In this document: piece after piece, positions 36,671-47,300 of the stretch
How positions within the stretch are numbered: position 1 is the stretch's first letter
How the letters are laid out: the number at the start of each line of letters is the position of its first letter
Source: Kiritimatiellia bacterium
Lineage (GTDB): Bacteria; Verrucomicrobiota; Kiritimatiellia; RFP12; UBA1067
Length of the DNA stretch: 64,000 nt
Direction of reading: 5' to 3'
Assembly: GCA_024694365.1 (NCBI GenBank)
Contig: JAILJX010000040.1
Location: 10,182-74,181, forward strand
Translations under genes and position numbers: made by a program
Notes under the pieces: generated by a model
Seen by the model: only the letters and a program-made list of their open reading frames with translations
Database searches by the model: none
What the model was told of the DNA's origin: nothing

Positions 36671-38367
36671 AAAGGCAGACGGTCGCTGCGATCGCAAAAC
36701 GTTCTGCAGCCGCGGTGTTTCTCGTGTTGTGCATTTGGGCGTTTTTCGGCGGGCACCGCCTTGCGCAGACTGCAGTAAGGCTTCAGCTCGTCCCTGCGCT
36801 GCTTCGCAATCCTCTTGTTGCGGCGCCTGTTTTCATCGTCGCGACAGCGCTATTCGGCAGATTTTTCTGCGAGATGATGTGTCCGCTGGGGATTCTGCAG
36901 AGCTTGGCCAACTGGATGTCCCGTCCGCGCGGCCAAGTGCGCCGGGTATGCACGCGCCTGCCGCAGACAAAGGTGCAGATGGCGGTGCGGTGGTCGGTTT
37001 TCGCTGTCTTTGCGGCGCTGCTCGGCCTTGGCTTCGGCGCTTTGGCGTGGTCCCTGGAGCCCTATACGATATTTGCTCGCGCCATGACTCTTTCCGGCGT
37101 CTTTTCGTTCGTCCTTGCGGCGATCGTCCTTCTTGCAGCGTTCGGCAAGGGACGCATCTGGTGCAACTGGATATGCCCTGCCGGTTCCGTCCTTAACCTT
37201 CTTTCGCGCTTCGCGCCGTTCGGAAACAGGGTTGAAAAGCGCTGCGCCAACTGCCGCAGATGCTTCGTGTCCAAGAATACGGCAGTCTCTGCGGATAATT
37301 CGGACGCGCCTTCCTCCAAGGATGCTGAGAAGGGGTCCGAGGCTGCAGGCGTGACGCGGCGCGAGGCTTTGAAGGGCGTGGCCGTTCTCGCAGTCGCCGA
37401 CAAGCTTGTCGATGGGGGGCTTGCCGAAATCGTTCTTCCCGGCAATGCAGTGCGCGAAAGGACCGTTCTTCCCCCCGGCGCACTTTCAAGAAACCGTTTC
37501 CGCCGCGTGTGCCTCGGGTGCGGACTTTGCATAAAGTCCTGCCCGACGGGAGTTCTCTCCCCCTCGGTCTCTCTCAGGACTTTCAATCAGCCGGAAATCG
37601 ACTTCTCCCGCGGCGTGTGTTCGCCGTATTGCGACGGACAGTGCTCGAAGGCATGCCCCGCCGGCGCGTTGAAGATTCCGCGCGGCGTGCCGAGGAGCGA
37701 TGTGCACATCGGCGTCGCCGTTTGGCATGCGGAACGCTGCCTCAGGACCGCCGAAGGCGTCCAATGCTCGCTTTGCGAGCGAAAGTGCCCAGCAGGCGCC
37801 ATTCATATCGAAGGAGGCGTCCCGGTCGTCGACGAACTTGCTTGCATCGGTTGCGGAATATGCGAACGCCAGTGTGCTGCGCGGCCTGAACCTGCACTTG
37901 TCGTCGAGGGGCTTGACATCCAGCGTGTGGTGGTCCCGATGGGCGAGGAAGATCTTGTCGCAGAGATGAAACGTCTTCTTGACGAGGGGGCGTCTGTGGT
38001 CGTCGCGAAGGACGGTGTCATTTCAGGACGCGAATCCGGGAGCGGGATTTCTCCGCTCCTGAAGCTCCATGACTCCGGCGATTTGCGAGGCGCGATTGTC
38101 GTCGACAAAGTCATCGGACGCGCCGCCGCAGCAATATGCCTCTCCGGCGGAGCCGCCAGTGTTCATGCGAAGGTCATGGCCGCCGGAGCCCGCGACATGC
38201 TCCTTGCCACCGGCGTGAAATGCGATGCCGACACGATGGCGGCGACGATTGTGAACAGGCAGGGAACCGACAGCTGCCCGATGGAAAAGGCGGTCGAAGG
38301 GCTTGACGATCCTGCCTCCATGGTGGAGGCCATCCGCCGCCGCATTGCTGAAATTCAAGTGAAATGA
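36661..38367 (+). CDS. Membrane polyferredoxin (NapH/MauN-like + NapG/MauM-like) fused to a DUF1893-like domain
   Basis: FGRFFC..MCPLG and GRIWCNWICP.G with TM helices; internal TRREALK; four Fe-S motifs; C-terminal DKVIGRAAA...IVNR.GTDSCPME. Confidence 0.8.
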   Translation: MVLKRQTVAAIAKRSAAAVFLVLCIWAFFGGHRLAQTAVRLQLVPALLRNPLVAAPVFIVATALFGRFFCEMMCPLGILQSLANWMSRPRGQVRRVCTRLPQTKVQMAVRWSVFAVFAALLGLGFGALAWSLEPYTIFARAMTLSGVFSFVLAAIVLLAAFGKGRIWCNWICPAGSVLNLLSRFAPFGNRVEKRCANCRRCFVSKNTAVSADNSDAPSSKDAEKGSEAAGVTRREALKGVAVLAVADKLVDGGLAEIVLPGNAVRERTVLPPGALSRNRFRRVCLGCGLCIKSCPTGVLSPSVSLRTFNQPEIDFSRGVCSPYCDGQCSKACPAGALKIPRGVPRSDVHIGVAVWHAERCLRTAEGVQCSLCERKCPAGAIHIEGGVPVVDELACIGCGICERQCAARPEPALVVEGLDIQRVVVPMGEEDLVAEMKRLLDEGASVVVAKDGVISGRESGSGISPLLKLHDSGDLRGAIVVDKVIGRAAAAICLSGGAASVHAKVMAAGARDMLLATGVKCDADTMAATIVNRQGTDSCPMEKAVEGLDDPASMVEAIRRRIAEIQVK

Positions 38368-38431
38368 ACGCTCTTTCCCTCTCGCGCCGCGCTTCACAGC
38401 CGTCCGAGTTTATGGTATAATCTATGCCATA

Positions 38432-39253
38432 ATGACTACAGATGAAAAGAAAGACGGGGTTCTTCTCTCGGTCCGCGACCTAAAGGTCTGGTTCCCGGTA
38501 AAGAAGGGGGTGTTCGGTCTCACGGTCGGCTATGTGAAGGCCGTGGATGGCATCAGCTTCGATTTGATGCGCGGCGAGACGTTGGGCGTCGTGGGGGAAT
38601 CGGGCTGCGGCAAGTCCACGACAAGCCGCGCCATTCTTCTTCTCAACAAGCCTACCGGCGGTGAAATCCTCCTTGAGGGAAAAGACATACGAAATATGTC
38701 CGGCTCGGAACTTCTCGCCTATCGCCGCAAGGTGCAGGTCGTCTTTCAGGATCCCCAGGCGTCTCTCAATCCCCGCCATACCGTTCTCGAGATACTGACC
38801 GAAGGCATCGTCTATCATGGCCTGTGCAGAAAAGAAGAGCGACGGGCCAGGGCGGCGGAGCTTCTGGCGAGCGTCGGGCTCCCCGACACCATCCTCGACA
38901 GATATCCCCATGAATTCTCCGGCGGGCAGCGCCAGAGGCTCTGCATCGCGCGAGCCATAGCGCTGAAGCCCGAGCTTCTCATCTGCGACGAGGCCGTTTC
39001 GGCCCTCGACCTCACGATCCGCGCGCAGGTTCTCGACCTGCTGACGGACCTTAAGAAGAAGCTCGGCCTGACTTTGCTTTTCATCACGCACGACCTTGGC
39101 GTGGTCCAGCATGTCGCGGACCGCATCATAGTCATGAATCGCGGGAAAATCGTCGAAAGCGGAACGTGCAAAGAGGTTCTCGGCAATCCCAAGGAGGAGT
39201 ATACGAAGCGGCTTATGGCCGCCGTGCCTGTGATAGGCAAACCTCTCGCCTGA
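38432..39253 (+). CDS. Oligopeptide/dipeptide ABC transporter ATP-binding subunit (OppF-like), orphan in this window
   Basis: [33 protein letters not shown] and ITHD motifs. Confidence 0.92.
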   Translation: MTTDEKKDGVLLSVRDLKVWFPVKKGVFGLTVGYVKAVDGISFDLMRGETLGVVGESGCGKSTTSRAILLLNKPTGGEILLEGKDIRNMSGSELLAYRRKVQVVFQDPQASLNPRHTVLEILTEGIVYHGLCRKEERRARAAELLASVGLPDTILDRYPHEFSGGQRQRLCIARAIALKPELLICDEAVSALDLTIRAQVLDLLTDLKKKLGLTLLFITHDLGVVQHVADRIIVMNRGKIVESGTCKEVLGNPKEEYTKRLMAAVPVIGKPLA

Positions 39254-39304
39254 TTCTTTCGCACTTGCATATCCGCCTGTATTGCGGTACAATATCATCA
39301 ACCT

Positions 39305-40975
39305 ATGACAAGCAACGATGAATATGTCCTTCAGCTGCTGACAGAGCGCGGATACGTCTCGGCTGACCAGATCAAGGCCGCGGCGGAATCAATGAAGGCC
39401 GAGAACGAAACGACGCTTGACGTTCTCGTGAACAGCGGCGCCTTGGACGAGGACACCGTCCTCGGAACGGTGGCCGATCAGTTCGGCCTTAAATATTGCC
39501 ATATAAACGCCGATGTCATAGACGTCGAAATCGTCAAGGAGATCCCGGCCGACATCGCGAAGAAATACGGTGTCGTTCCGGTCGTCTCCGACGAGGATGC
39601 GATCACCGTTGCGCTGTCGGACCCTATGGGCTACGACGCGATCGACTCTTTGCGGTATGTCCTGCACGGGCGCGACGTGGAGGCTGTCGTTTCGCCGCGA
39701 TCCGAGGTGCAGGCGGCCATGACGAAGCTTTATGCCGGAAGCGAGGAGGCGGATGTGCAGACTCGCGACGAGCTTGGCCTCGGCGAGGAGGGCGAGACGA
39801 CCGGCGACGACGCGCCTGTCATCAAGCTTGCCACGATGATCATAACGACAGCCATCAAGCTCAAGGCGTCGGATATCCATCTGGAGCCGATGGAGAAGGA
39901 GTTCCGCGTCCGCTACCGCATCGACGGCGCCCTCAGAAAGATGGACTCTCCTCCGAAGCGCCTGCAGCAGGCGATCATTTCGCGCATCAAGATCATGTCG
40001 AAAATGAAGATCTCGGAAAAGCGCATCCCCCAGGACGGTCGCATCCAGATCACCGTAAACGGAAAGGATCTCGATCTTCGTGTGAGTTCGGTGCCGACGA
40101 ATCACGGCGAATCCATCGTAATGCGCATTCTCGACAAGTCCAACCTTTCGCTCGGTCTTCCCCAGCTTGGGTTTTTGACCGATGACCAGGCGACTTTCGA
40201 GCGCCTGATCAAGCTTCCGGACGGCGTGGTGCTCGTCACGGGGCCGACAGGTTCGGGAAAGACGACCACGCTGTACGCCTGCCTCGGGCAGATAAACACG
40301 CCCGACAAGAAACTGATTACGGTCGAAGACCCCGTGGAATACCAGATGAGCGGAATCAACCAGGTTCAGGTGAACAAGGATGTCGGCCTTGACTTTTCCG
40401 CGGCGCTGCGTTCCATTCTGCGCCAGGCGCCGAACATCGTGATGATAGGCGAAATCCGCGACGCCGAGACGGCTGACATCGCCATGGAGGCCGCGCTTAC
40501 CGGCCACCTGGTGTTTTCGACGCTCCATACCAACGACGCGCCTTCGGCCGTTACCCGACTTCTGGATATCGGCGTGAAGCCGTTTCTTGTCGCTTCGGCG
40601 CTGCGCGCCGCCATGGCGCAGCGTCTGGTGAGGGCGATATGCGAAAAATGCAAAGAGCCCTACACCCCGACCGAGCGCGAAATCAAGATGCTCGGCGCCA
40701 TATCCAAGACTATGCCCGAACAGATGTATCACGGGACCGGGTGCGACAAATGCGGACGCACCGGCTACAAGGGGCGAAAGGGCATATTCGAGATATTCAA
40801 GGTCGACGACACGATCCAGCGCCTTATTTTCGACCATGCTCCAGCGACGCTTCTGAGGCAGCGCGCGAGAGAGATGGGAATGCGCACGCTGCGCGAGGAC
40901 GGCATGCTGAAGGTCGCCAGCGGAATGACGAGTCTTCAGGAAGTTTTGCGCGTCACCATGGGCGACGCCGACTGA
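39305..40975 (+). CDS. pilB: PilB/GspE-family assembly ATPase (copy 1)
   Basis: ASDIHLEP, PQDGR, GPTGSGKTTT, EDPVEY, GEIRD, STLHTN and a 2xCxxC Zn site. Confidence 0.88.
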   Translation: MTSNDEYVLQLLTERGYVSADQIKAAAESMKAENETTLDVLVNSGALDEDTVLGTVADQFGLKYCHINADVIDVEIVKEIPADIAKKYGVVPVVSDEDAITVALSDPMGYDAIDSLRYVLHGRDVEAVVSPRSEVQAAMTKLYAGSEEADVQTRDELGLGEEGETTGDDAPVIKLATMIITTAIKLKASDIHLEPMEKEFRVRYRIDGALRKMDSPPKRLQQAIISRIKIMSKMKISEKRIPQDGRIQITVNGKDLDLRVSSVPTNHGESIVMRILDKSNLSLGLPQLGFLTDDQATFERLIKLPDGVVLVTGPTGSGKTTTLYACLGQINTPDKKLITVEDPVEYQMSGINQVQVNKDVGLDFSAALRSILRQAPNIVMIGEIRDAETADIAMEAALTGHLVFSTLHTNDAPSAVTRLLDIGVKPFLVASALRAAMAQRLVRAICEKCKEPYTPTEREIKMLGAISKTMPEQMYHGTGCDKCGRTGYKGRKGIFEIFKVDDTIQRLIFDHAPATLLRQRAREMGMRTLREDGMLKVASGMTSLQEVLRVTMGDAD

Positions 40976-40998
40976 CATTCTAAAAAGGAGAATCACAG

Positions 40999-42084
40999 AT
41001 GGACATCCACATTCAGGAGCTTCTTCAGGCCACGATCGACGAAGGAGGGTCCGACCTCCACATTCGCGCGTACATGCCGCCGGAACTCCGCGTCCACGGC
41101 GAACTCTTCCCTCTCGGCGACGATGCGCTCACCGAGGAGGATTCCTACAACCTGTGCAAGGAGATGTCGACAGACGAGCAGATGGCCGAGGTGGAGCGGA
41201 ACGGCGGCGCGGACTTCGCCCTTGCCCATCCGGACGGAACCCGCTTCCGCGTCTCCGTCTTCAAGGAGCGCAAGCGCTATGGCGCGGTGCTGCGTCAGAT
41301 TCCGTCGACTCTCCTGTCGCTCGACCAGATCGGCATCCCGCCAGTGGTCAAAGAGCTGCTCTACAAGCCGCGCGGGCTCATACTCGTGACCGGGCCCACG
41401 GGCTCGGGCAAATCCACGACGCTGGCCTCGATGATAGATGTCATCAACCGCGAAAGGGGCGTTCACATCATCACGATCGAGGACCCTATCGAATTCTACC
41501 ATACTTCCAAGAAGTCGATCGTGACCCAGCGTGAAATCGGCCCGGACGTCCCGTCCTTCGCCGAAGCCATCAGGCGAGCGCTCCGCCAGGACCCGGATGT
41601 GATTCTTGTCGGCGAAATGCGCGACCTCGAGACGATAGCCGCCGCCATCACCGCCGCCGAAACAGGTCACTTGGTCTTCGGCACGCTCCATACCACAGGC
41701 TCCGCCGAAACCGTCGACCGCATAGTCGATGCGTTTCCCACAAACCAGCAGGAGCAGGTCCGAACCCAGCTTGCCGCAGGGCTTCAGGCGGTCATATCGC
41801 AGATCCTCCTTCCGAAACTCGACGAAAACGGCGAAGTCCACGGGCGAATCGCCGCGTTCGAGATAATGACTTCCACCGACGCCATCAGGAGCAGGATCCG
41901 CGACAACAAGACGAATATGATCAAGTCCGATCTGCAGACGGGCGCCAAGTTCGGCATGATGACGCTTGATGCGTGTCTGCTTAAGCATTACAAGGACGGA
42001 TACATATCCTACGAGGAACTGATCACGAAGTCCCAGGACCCGGACAGCGTCGTCCAGAAGCTCAAAGAGGACATGGGGGAGTAA
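40999..42084 (+). CDS. pilT: Type IV pilus retraction ATPase
   Basis: SDLH, GPTGSGKSTT, ALRQDPDVILVGEMRD, GTLHT and an AIRSRIRD (AIRNLIRE-like) motif. Confidence 0.93.
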   Translation: MDIHIQELLQATIDEGGSDLHIRAYMPPELRVHGELFPLGDDALTEEDSYNLCKEMSTDEQMAEVERNGGADFALAHPDGTRFRVSVFKERKRYGAVLRQIPSTLLSLDQIGIPPVVKELLYKPRGLILVTGPTGSGKSTTLASMIDVINRERGVHIITIEDPIEFYHTSKKSIVTQREIGPDVPSFAEAIRRALRQDPDVILVGEMRDLETIAAAITAAETGHLVFGTLHTTGSAETVDRIVDAFPTNQQEQVRTQLAAGLQAVISQILLPKLDENGEVHGRIAAFEIMTSTDAIRSRIRDNKTNMIKSDLQTGAKFGMMTLDACLLKHYKDGYISYEELITKSQDPDSVVQKLKEDMGE

Positions 42085-42087
42085 ACG

Positions 42088-43779
42088 ATGCTCGATCCTA
42101 TTCTCCAGATTCTCGAGCAGAACGGCTATGTCGACGCCCAAGGCGCGCAGGACATCCAGGATCTCGCCAAAACCGAATCCAAGACGGTGCGCCAGACTGT
42201 CATCGACCAGGAGATATTGACGGAAGACGACCTCCTGGCATGCATGGCCGCCTATCAGGACACCGAGGCGATAGACCTCGGTTCGATGACCATAGAGACG
42301 GATGTGACCGAGGCGATACCGGCTTCCACCGCCAGGATGTACAACGTGTTTCCTGTCGCGGCGGACGATTCGTCCGTGACTCTCGCCACTTTCGATCTTG
42401 TCGATCCCAGGATTTCCGACGAGCTGCTCTTCACGCTCTCCAAGGAGGTGAGGTTCGTCTTCGCCCGCGAGAAGGACGTGATGGACCGCATCTCGCAGTA
42501 CTATGGCGACGCCAACGCATCCGTTGCGGACATGATCAAGTCCCTTGGCGACGGCCTTGGGGACGATGAGGAGCTTGCCGGAGCCAACACCAACGACATT
42601 GCGTCGATGGAGTCCGCCGCCAATTCCTCCGCCATCATCCGCTTTGTGAACCTGGTCCTCTACCAAGGCGTGGTGGACCGTGCATCCGACATCCACATCG
42701 AGCCGTTCGAAAACGATTTCAAGATACGCTATCGCGTCGACGGCGCCTTGTACGAGATGAAGGCCCCCGACGTCAAGATGGCTCCGGCCATCATATCGCG
42801 AATCAAGATACTTTCGAACCTGAACATCTCCGAGCGGCGCATACCGCAGGACGGGCGAATCGCGCTGACTGTCGCCGGCAGGCCCGTCGACCTTCGCGTT
42901 TCGTGCTTGCCGACAGCCCACGGAGAGTCTGTCGTAATGCGTATTCTCGACCAGTCTGCGACGTCGCTCGACCTTGAGAACGTAGGCCTTCCCGAGGATG
43001 TGTACGAGCAGATCACGATGGATATCGAAAAGCCGAACGGGATTTTCATCGTGACCGGTCCTACCGGTTCGGGAAAGACCACGACGCTGTACTCGGTCCT
43101 GCGCCGGATCAACCAGATCGACACGAAGCTTCTCACGGCCGAGGAGCCGGTGGAATACAATGTGGACGGAATCGTGCAGGTTCCGATCGACGCTCAGGTC
43201 GGCAACACCTTCGCAAAGGTGCTGCGCGCATTCCTGCGACAGGATCCGGATGTCATGATGATCGGCGAGATACGCGATCTGGAGACTGCGGAAATCGCCG
43301 TTCAGGCCGCGCTTACCGGACACTTCGTGTTCTCGACGCTCCATACGAACGATGCTGCCGGCGCCGTTATGCGTCTCGTGGACATGAATGTCGCCCCGTA
43401 TCTGCTTGCTTCCACCCTGGAGGGCGTGCTTGGCCAGCGACTTGTCAGAACCTGCTGCCGCGAGTGCCGCCAGGCGTACGAGCCCGACGACGATACGCTT
43501 GAGCGCATAGAGATGACGCGCGACCAGATCGGCGGAAGGCCGTTCTATTTCGGCAAGGGCTGCAAGGTGTGCAACGGCACGGGATACAAGGGACGAAAGG
43601 GCGTTTTCGAGTATCTGAGAATGTCCAACCCTCTGCGCGAGCTTGTCAACAACAAGGCCCCGACGCTCATAATACGCGAAAAGGCGCGCGAACTCGGAAT
43701 GCGCACCATGCGAGAGGACGGCATTCGCTCGATCCTCGACGGCTACACGACCGTCGATGAGGTCTTGCGCTACACTTGA
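42088..43779 (+). CDS. pilB: PilB/GspE-family assembly ATPase (copy 2)
   Basis: Same motif set as copy 1 (EEPVEY, LRQDPD, STLHTN, CxxC). Confidence 0.88.
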   Translation: MLDPILQILEQNGYVDAQGAQDIQDLAKTESKTVRQTVIDQEILTEDDLLACMAAYQDTEAIDLGSMTIETDVTEAIPASTARMYNVFPVAADDSSVTLATFDLVDPRISDELLFTLSKEVRFVFAREKDVMDRISQYYGDANASVADMIKSLGDGLGDDEELAGANTNDIASMESAANSSAIIRFVNLVLYQGVVDRASDIHIEPFENDFKIRYRVDGALYEMKAPDVKMAPAIISRIKILSNLNISERRIPQDGRIALTVAGRPVDLRVSCLPTAHGESVVMRILDQSATSLDLENVGLPEDVYEQITMDIEKPNGIFIVTGPTGSGKTTTLYSVLRRINQIDTKLLTAEEPVEYNVDGIVQVPIDAQVGNTFAKVLRAFLRQDPDVMMIGEIRDLETAEIAVQAALTGHFVFSTLHTNDAAGAVMRLVDMNVAPYLLASTLEGVLGQRLVRTCCRECRQAYEPDDDTLERIEMTRDQIGGRPFYFGKGCKVCNGTGYKGRKGVFEYLRMSNPLRELVNNKAPTLIIREKARELGMRTMREDGIRSILDGYTTVDEVLRYT

Positions 43780-43787
43780 GAGTCGCG

Positions 43788-44015
43788 ATGCTTTGGCAGG
43801 TCTTCAAAGTCGTCGCGGTCATATCGATCGTTCTCGCGGCTGCGATCGTCGCGACGCCGCCCGGGCGGCTGCCTCTCGCGCTCCGCGGACTTCACCGCAT
43901 AATGCGCCGCGACTCGGGGCTGCCCGATTCCCGCCCTGCCGCAAAAACTTCCGCCGCAAGGCGTTTCGTCGCATTCCTACTCGTCCTTCTCGCGGTTGTC
44001 GTCGCGGCGATTTGA
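43788..44015 (+). CDS. Small two-TM hypothetical protein
   Basis: Two hydrophobic stretches; fills the operon gap. Confidence 0.55.
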   Translation: MLWQVFKVVAVISIVLAAAIVATPPGRLPLALRGLHRIMRRDSGLPDSRPAAKTSAARRFVAFLLVLLAVVVAAI

Positions 44016-44016
44016 A

Positions 44017-44310
44017 ATGGAGGAGACCGTTGTATGCGGCGTGAGGGCGAAGATCGCCCGGACTTTCGCCCAGCGCGCGAAAGGGCTTATCGGCGTCAAG
44101 GACATGAAAAAAGGGGAAGGGCTCCTCATCCTCCGGTGCAACGCTATCCACACTTTCTTCATGCGGTTTGCGATTGACGCCACATTTCTCGATTCTCAAA
44201 ACCGTGTCGTGAAAATCGTCCGCAACATCCGCCCTTGGCGCATGTTCGTCTGGGGCGGCTGGCGCGCGAGGAAGGTGCTGGAGACTAAAGCTCAGCGCAC
44301 CGTCGCCTGA
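44017..44310 (+). CDS. DUF192 family protein
   Basis: A.TF.QRAKGL, IHTFFMRFAID, .PWR and VLE motifs. Confidence 0.85.
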   Translation: MEETVVCGVRAKIARTFAQRAKGLIGVKDMKKGEGLLILRCNAIHTFFMRFAIDATFLDSQNRVVKIVRNIRPWRMFVWGGWRARKVLETKAQRTVA

Positions 44311-47300
44311 ACCCACAGTGCCGCGAGGCGATTCGGGCTTGCAGGCACGCGCGTTCCCGTCTCCTGCGCAAAAAGCGATATTCTGTACTCCTCGAGCAGC
44401 CACCTGTAATCCGCGAGCGCGGCGCTGTCCGCTATCTTGGAACAGTCTCCGCTCACAAGCTCCACGTATTGCTCCCACCATGGATCGAATCTGGCTTCTT
44501 TCGATCTGTCGCCCGAAGGATTCGTTCTGGCCCTCGAAATCCTTGTTTCCAGAGCCTTGAGGTATCTCGGATAGTCTTTGAGCCTCTCGGGCGGGACGAG
44601 TTTGTCCCAGTCGGGATACGTCAGCCACGCTATCTGCGTTTCGATGCAGTCGTATATATCGTCGGGAAGCGCCTTGGCCTCCAGCAGAATCGTCCGTATC
44701 CTCGACTCAAGCTCTTTCTTCTCTTTCGCCTTGAGGCTGGAGGGCCTCTCCGCGGCGATTTCGGCGGCGGATTTACGCGGCGCCACGCCGGACTTGCCGA
44801 AGAGCTTTTCCACGTCCCTTGTGACTGCCGCCTGTTCCCCGTTTTCGTCCGTGACGATGAATCTCACTTTCAGATGCGGCGGAAGCGAAATCCTGTCGAA
44901 CGCCCCGGCGGGTATGCGTATCCCGAAACGCGAGAGAACGACCTCTCTTACCGCATCTGCCAGCGGCATGTCTTTCCCGGAGAGAAGCGGCATGATGATC
45001 GCCACCGTGTCGGAGACCGGCGAAATCGCCCGCCTTATGGAGGACGGAAGGGAATCAAGCAGGAAATGAAGCTTCAGCGGAAGGGCTCCGGGGACAAGCC
45101 AGTCCGACCTCCACGCCCTCAAGGCGCCCAGATCGCCTTCACGCACGGTCGCGGTTATGCCGTCGGTCTCGGGATCGTCCGGTGCATGCCGGTATGAGAG
45201 CGCGATTTTCGCCCCGGCGATCTTTATGTGCGGCGGGAAGTCTCGCGAACCCCCGCCTGCCGCCGGAAGCCATTCGTTCCGCTTCAGCCTGAACCTGTTT
45301 TTTTCTTCGGCTGAAGCTGCGGCGAGCCATTTTTTCAGTTCTCCCGCGCTTGCTATCCCCGGGGGGATGGCTGCGTCGAAAAACGCCGCCAGCCGCTCCG
45401 CATCGAAAAGAGCCGTTTCCCTCAGACGTTCCGCACGTTCCCTGATGGCGCGTATCGTGTCCGAATTCTCCCTCACCGGCGCCGGAGGATCCGGGAATTC
45501 GCCTTCGACAAGTCCATGGAATATGAAAAGCCGTCGCGATGTCGCCGGATCTATCTTCGTGAAGTCCCTCCGTCTGGACGGCACGATGACGAGCCCGTAC
45601 AGCGTGACCTGCTCGATCGCTCTGACGAAGCCGTGCTCCGCGTCCCAGAAAGGTTCGCGGAAACTGTGCTTGCACACCGGCCCGGCGACAGGTTCGATCC
45701 ATGACGGGTCTATGATCGCGGCGCTTCTGGCGTAGAGTCTCGCGGTGTCGACGAGTTCGCCGGCCATGATCCATTCCGGTTTGGCTTTCCGCTCTTTCGC
45801 CAGCGCGGATCCGGGATGTATGATGAATCTTGTTCCGTGCGCTCCGCGGTAGTCGAGATCTTCGGGATGGAGATGGCCTATCCTCGCGAGGAGGCCGCTC
45901 ATCAGAGCCATGTGCAGCGCAGCCGGTCCGCCATTGTCGTTTTCCGTATCCAGGCCTATTCTGCGGGAAAGATCCGTCAGCTGACGCACCAGCTCTTTCC
46001 ATTCCCGCATCTTGGGGTATGACAGGTAGTTTTTCTGCGCGAATTTTCTCAGCTGCGATTGAGACGACGTTTCGGACTCTTTCTCCCACCTGCGCCAGAG
46101 CTTGAGCGTGCCGAGAAAGTCCGAGCCGCGTTCGCGGAACGCGGCGTGCGCCGCATCGGCCTTTTCCCGTTCCTCCGCGGGTCTTCGTCTGGGGTCGTCG
46201 CAGCTCATCGCCGCCACTATCGGTATGGCGGAGGGGAGCGTCGCGCGCGAGCTTGCCGCAAGCAGCATCCTCGCCAGTCTCGGCTCGACGGGTATCCTCG
46301 CAATCGAGCGTCCCGTTTTCGTGAGCGCCATCGCCCCGGAAGCGTCGTGGTGTATGGCGCCTATTTCCAGAAGCTCTCTCAATCCCTCCCTTACCGACGC
46401 GGGACGCGGCGGATCGATGAACGGAAAGTCCGTTATGTCCCCCATCTTCAGGTCCATCATCGTCAGTATCACGCCTGCAAGGGACGATCGCTGTATCTCG
46501 GGCGGGGTGAAAGGCTCCCGGGATTCGAAGTCGTCCTTCCCGTAAAGTCTTATGCATATCCCCGGACCGGTTCGTCCGCATCTTCCCGCCCGCTGTTTCG
46601 CGGACGCCTGCGATATCTTTTCTATCTGCAGCCGCTGCACTTTCGTGCGCGGAACGAAGCGCGATATCCTTGCCAGTCCGCTGTCGATGACAGCCCTGAT
46701 CCCCGGGATGGTTATGGACGTCTCGGCGACGTTGGTGGAGAGTATGATGCGCCGGTTCGCCGACAGCCTGAACGCCCTCTGCTGCTCGCCGGCGGGGAGG
46801 GACGCAAGAAGGGGGATGATTTCGTCTCCTCTCAATTCCGGAGTGCGCGCGAGCCTGTCCGCCGTTTCTCTTATGTCTCTTTCCCCGGGCAGGAAGACGA
46901 GCGTGTCGGCATCCGCCGGAAGCGTGCGCAACGCCGCCGCGACATCTCGTGGCAAGTCCTGCGTTTCTTCGTCTTCGCCGCCCGCATGGCGTATTTCGAC
47001 CGGAAAAAGCCGTCCCGGAACCTCGATCGCCGGTGCGCCGCCGAAGAATGCGCTGAACCGTCGCGTGTCGAGCGTTGCCGACGATACGATGACTTTCAGG
47101 TCCGGCCTGCGGGGAAGGATGCGCTTCAAAATGCCCAGAAGAAAGTCTATGTTCAGAGTGCGTTCGTGCGCTTCGTCCACGATGACCGTGTCGTAGCGCA
47201 TCAAAAGAGGGTCGGTTTTCGTTTCCGCGAGAAGGATGCCGTCCGTCATGAATTTCACCCGTGTCGACGCGGAAAGACGCCTGTCGAAGCGGTGCTGGAA

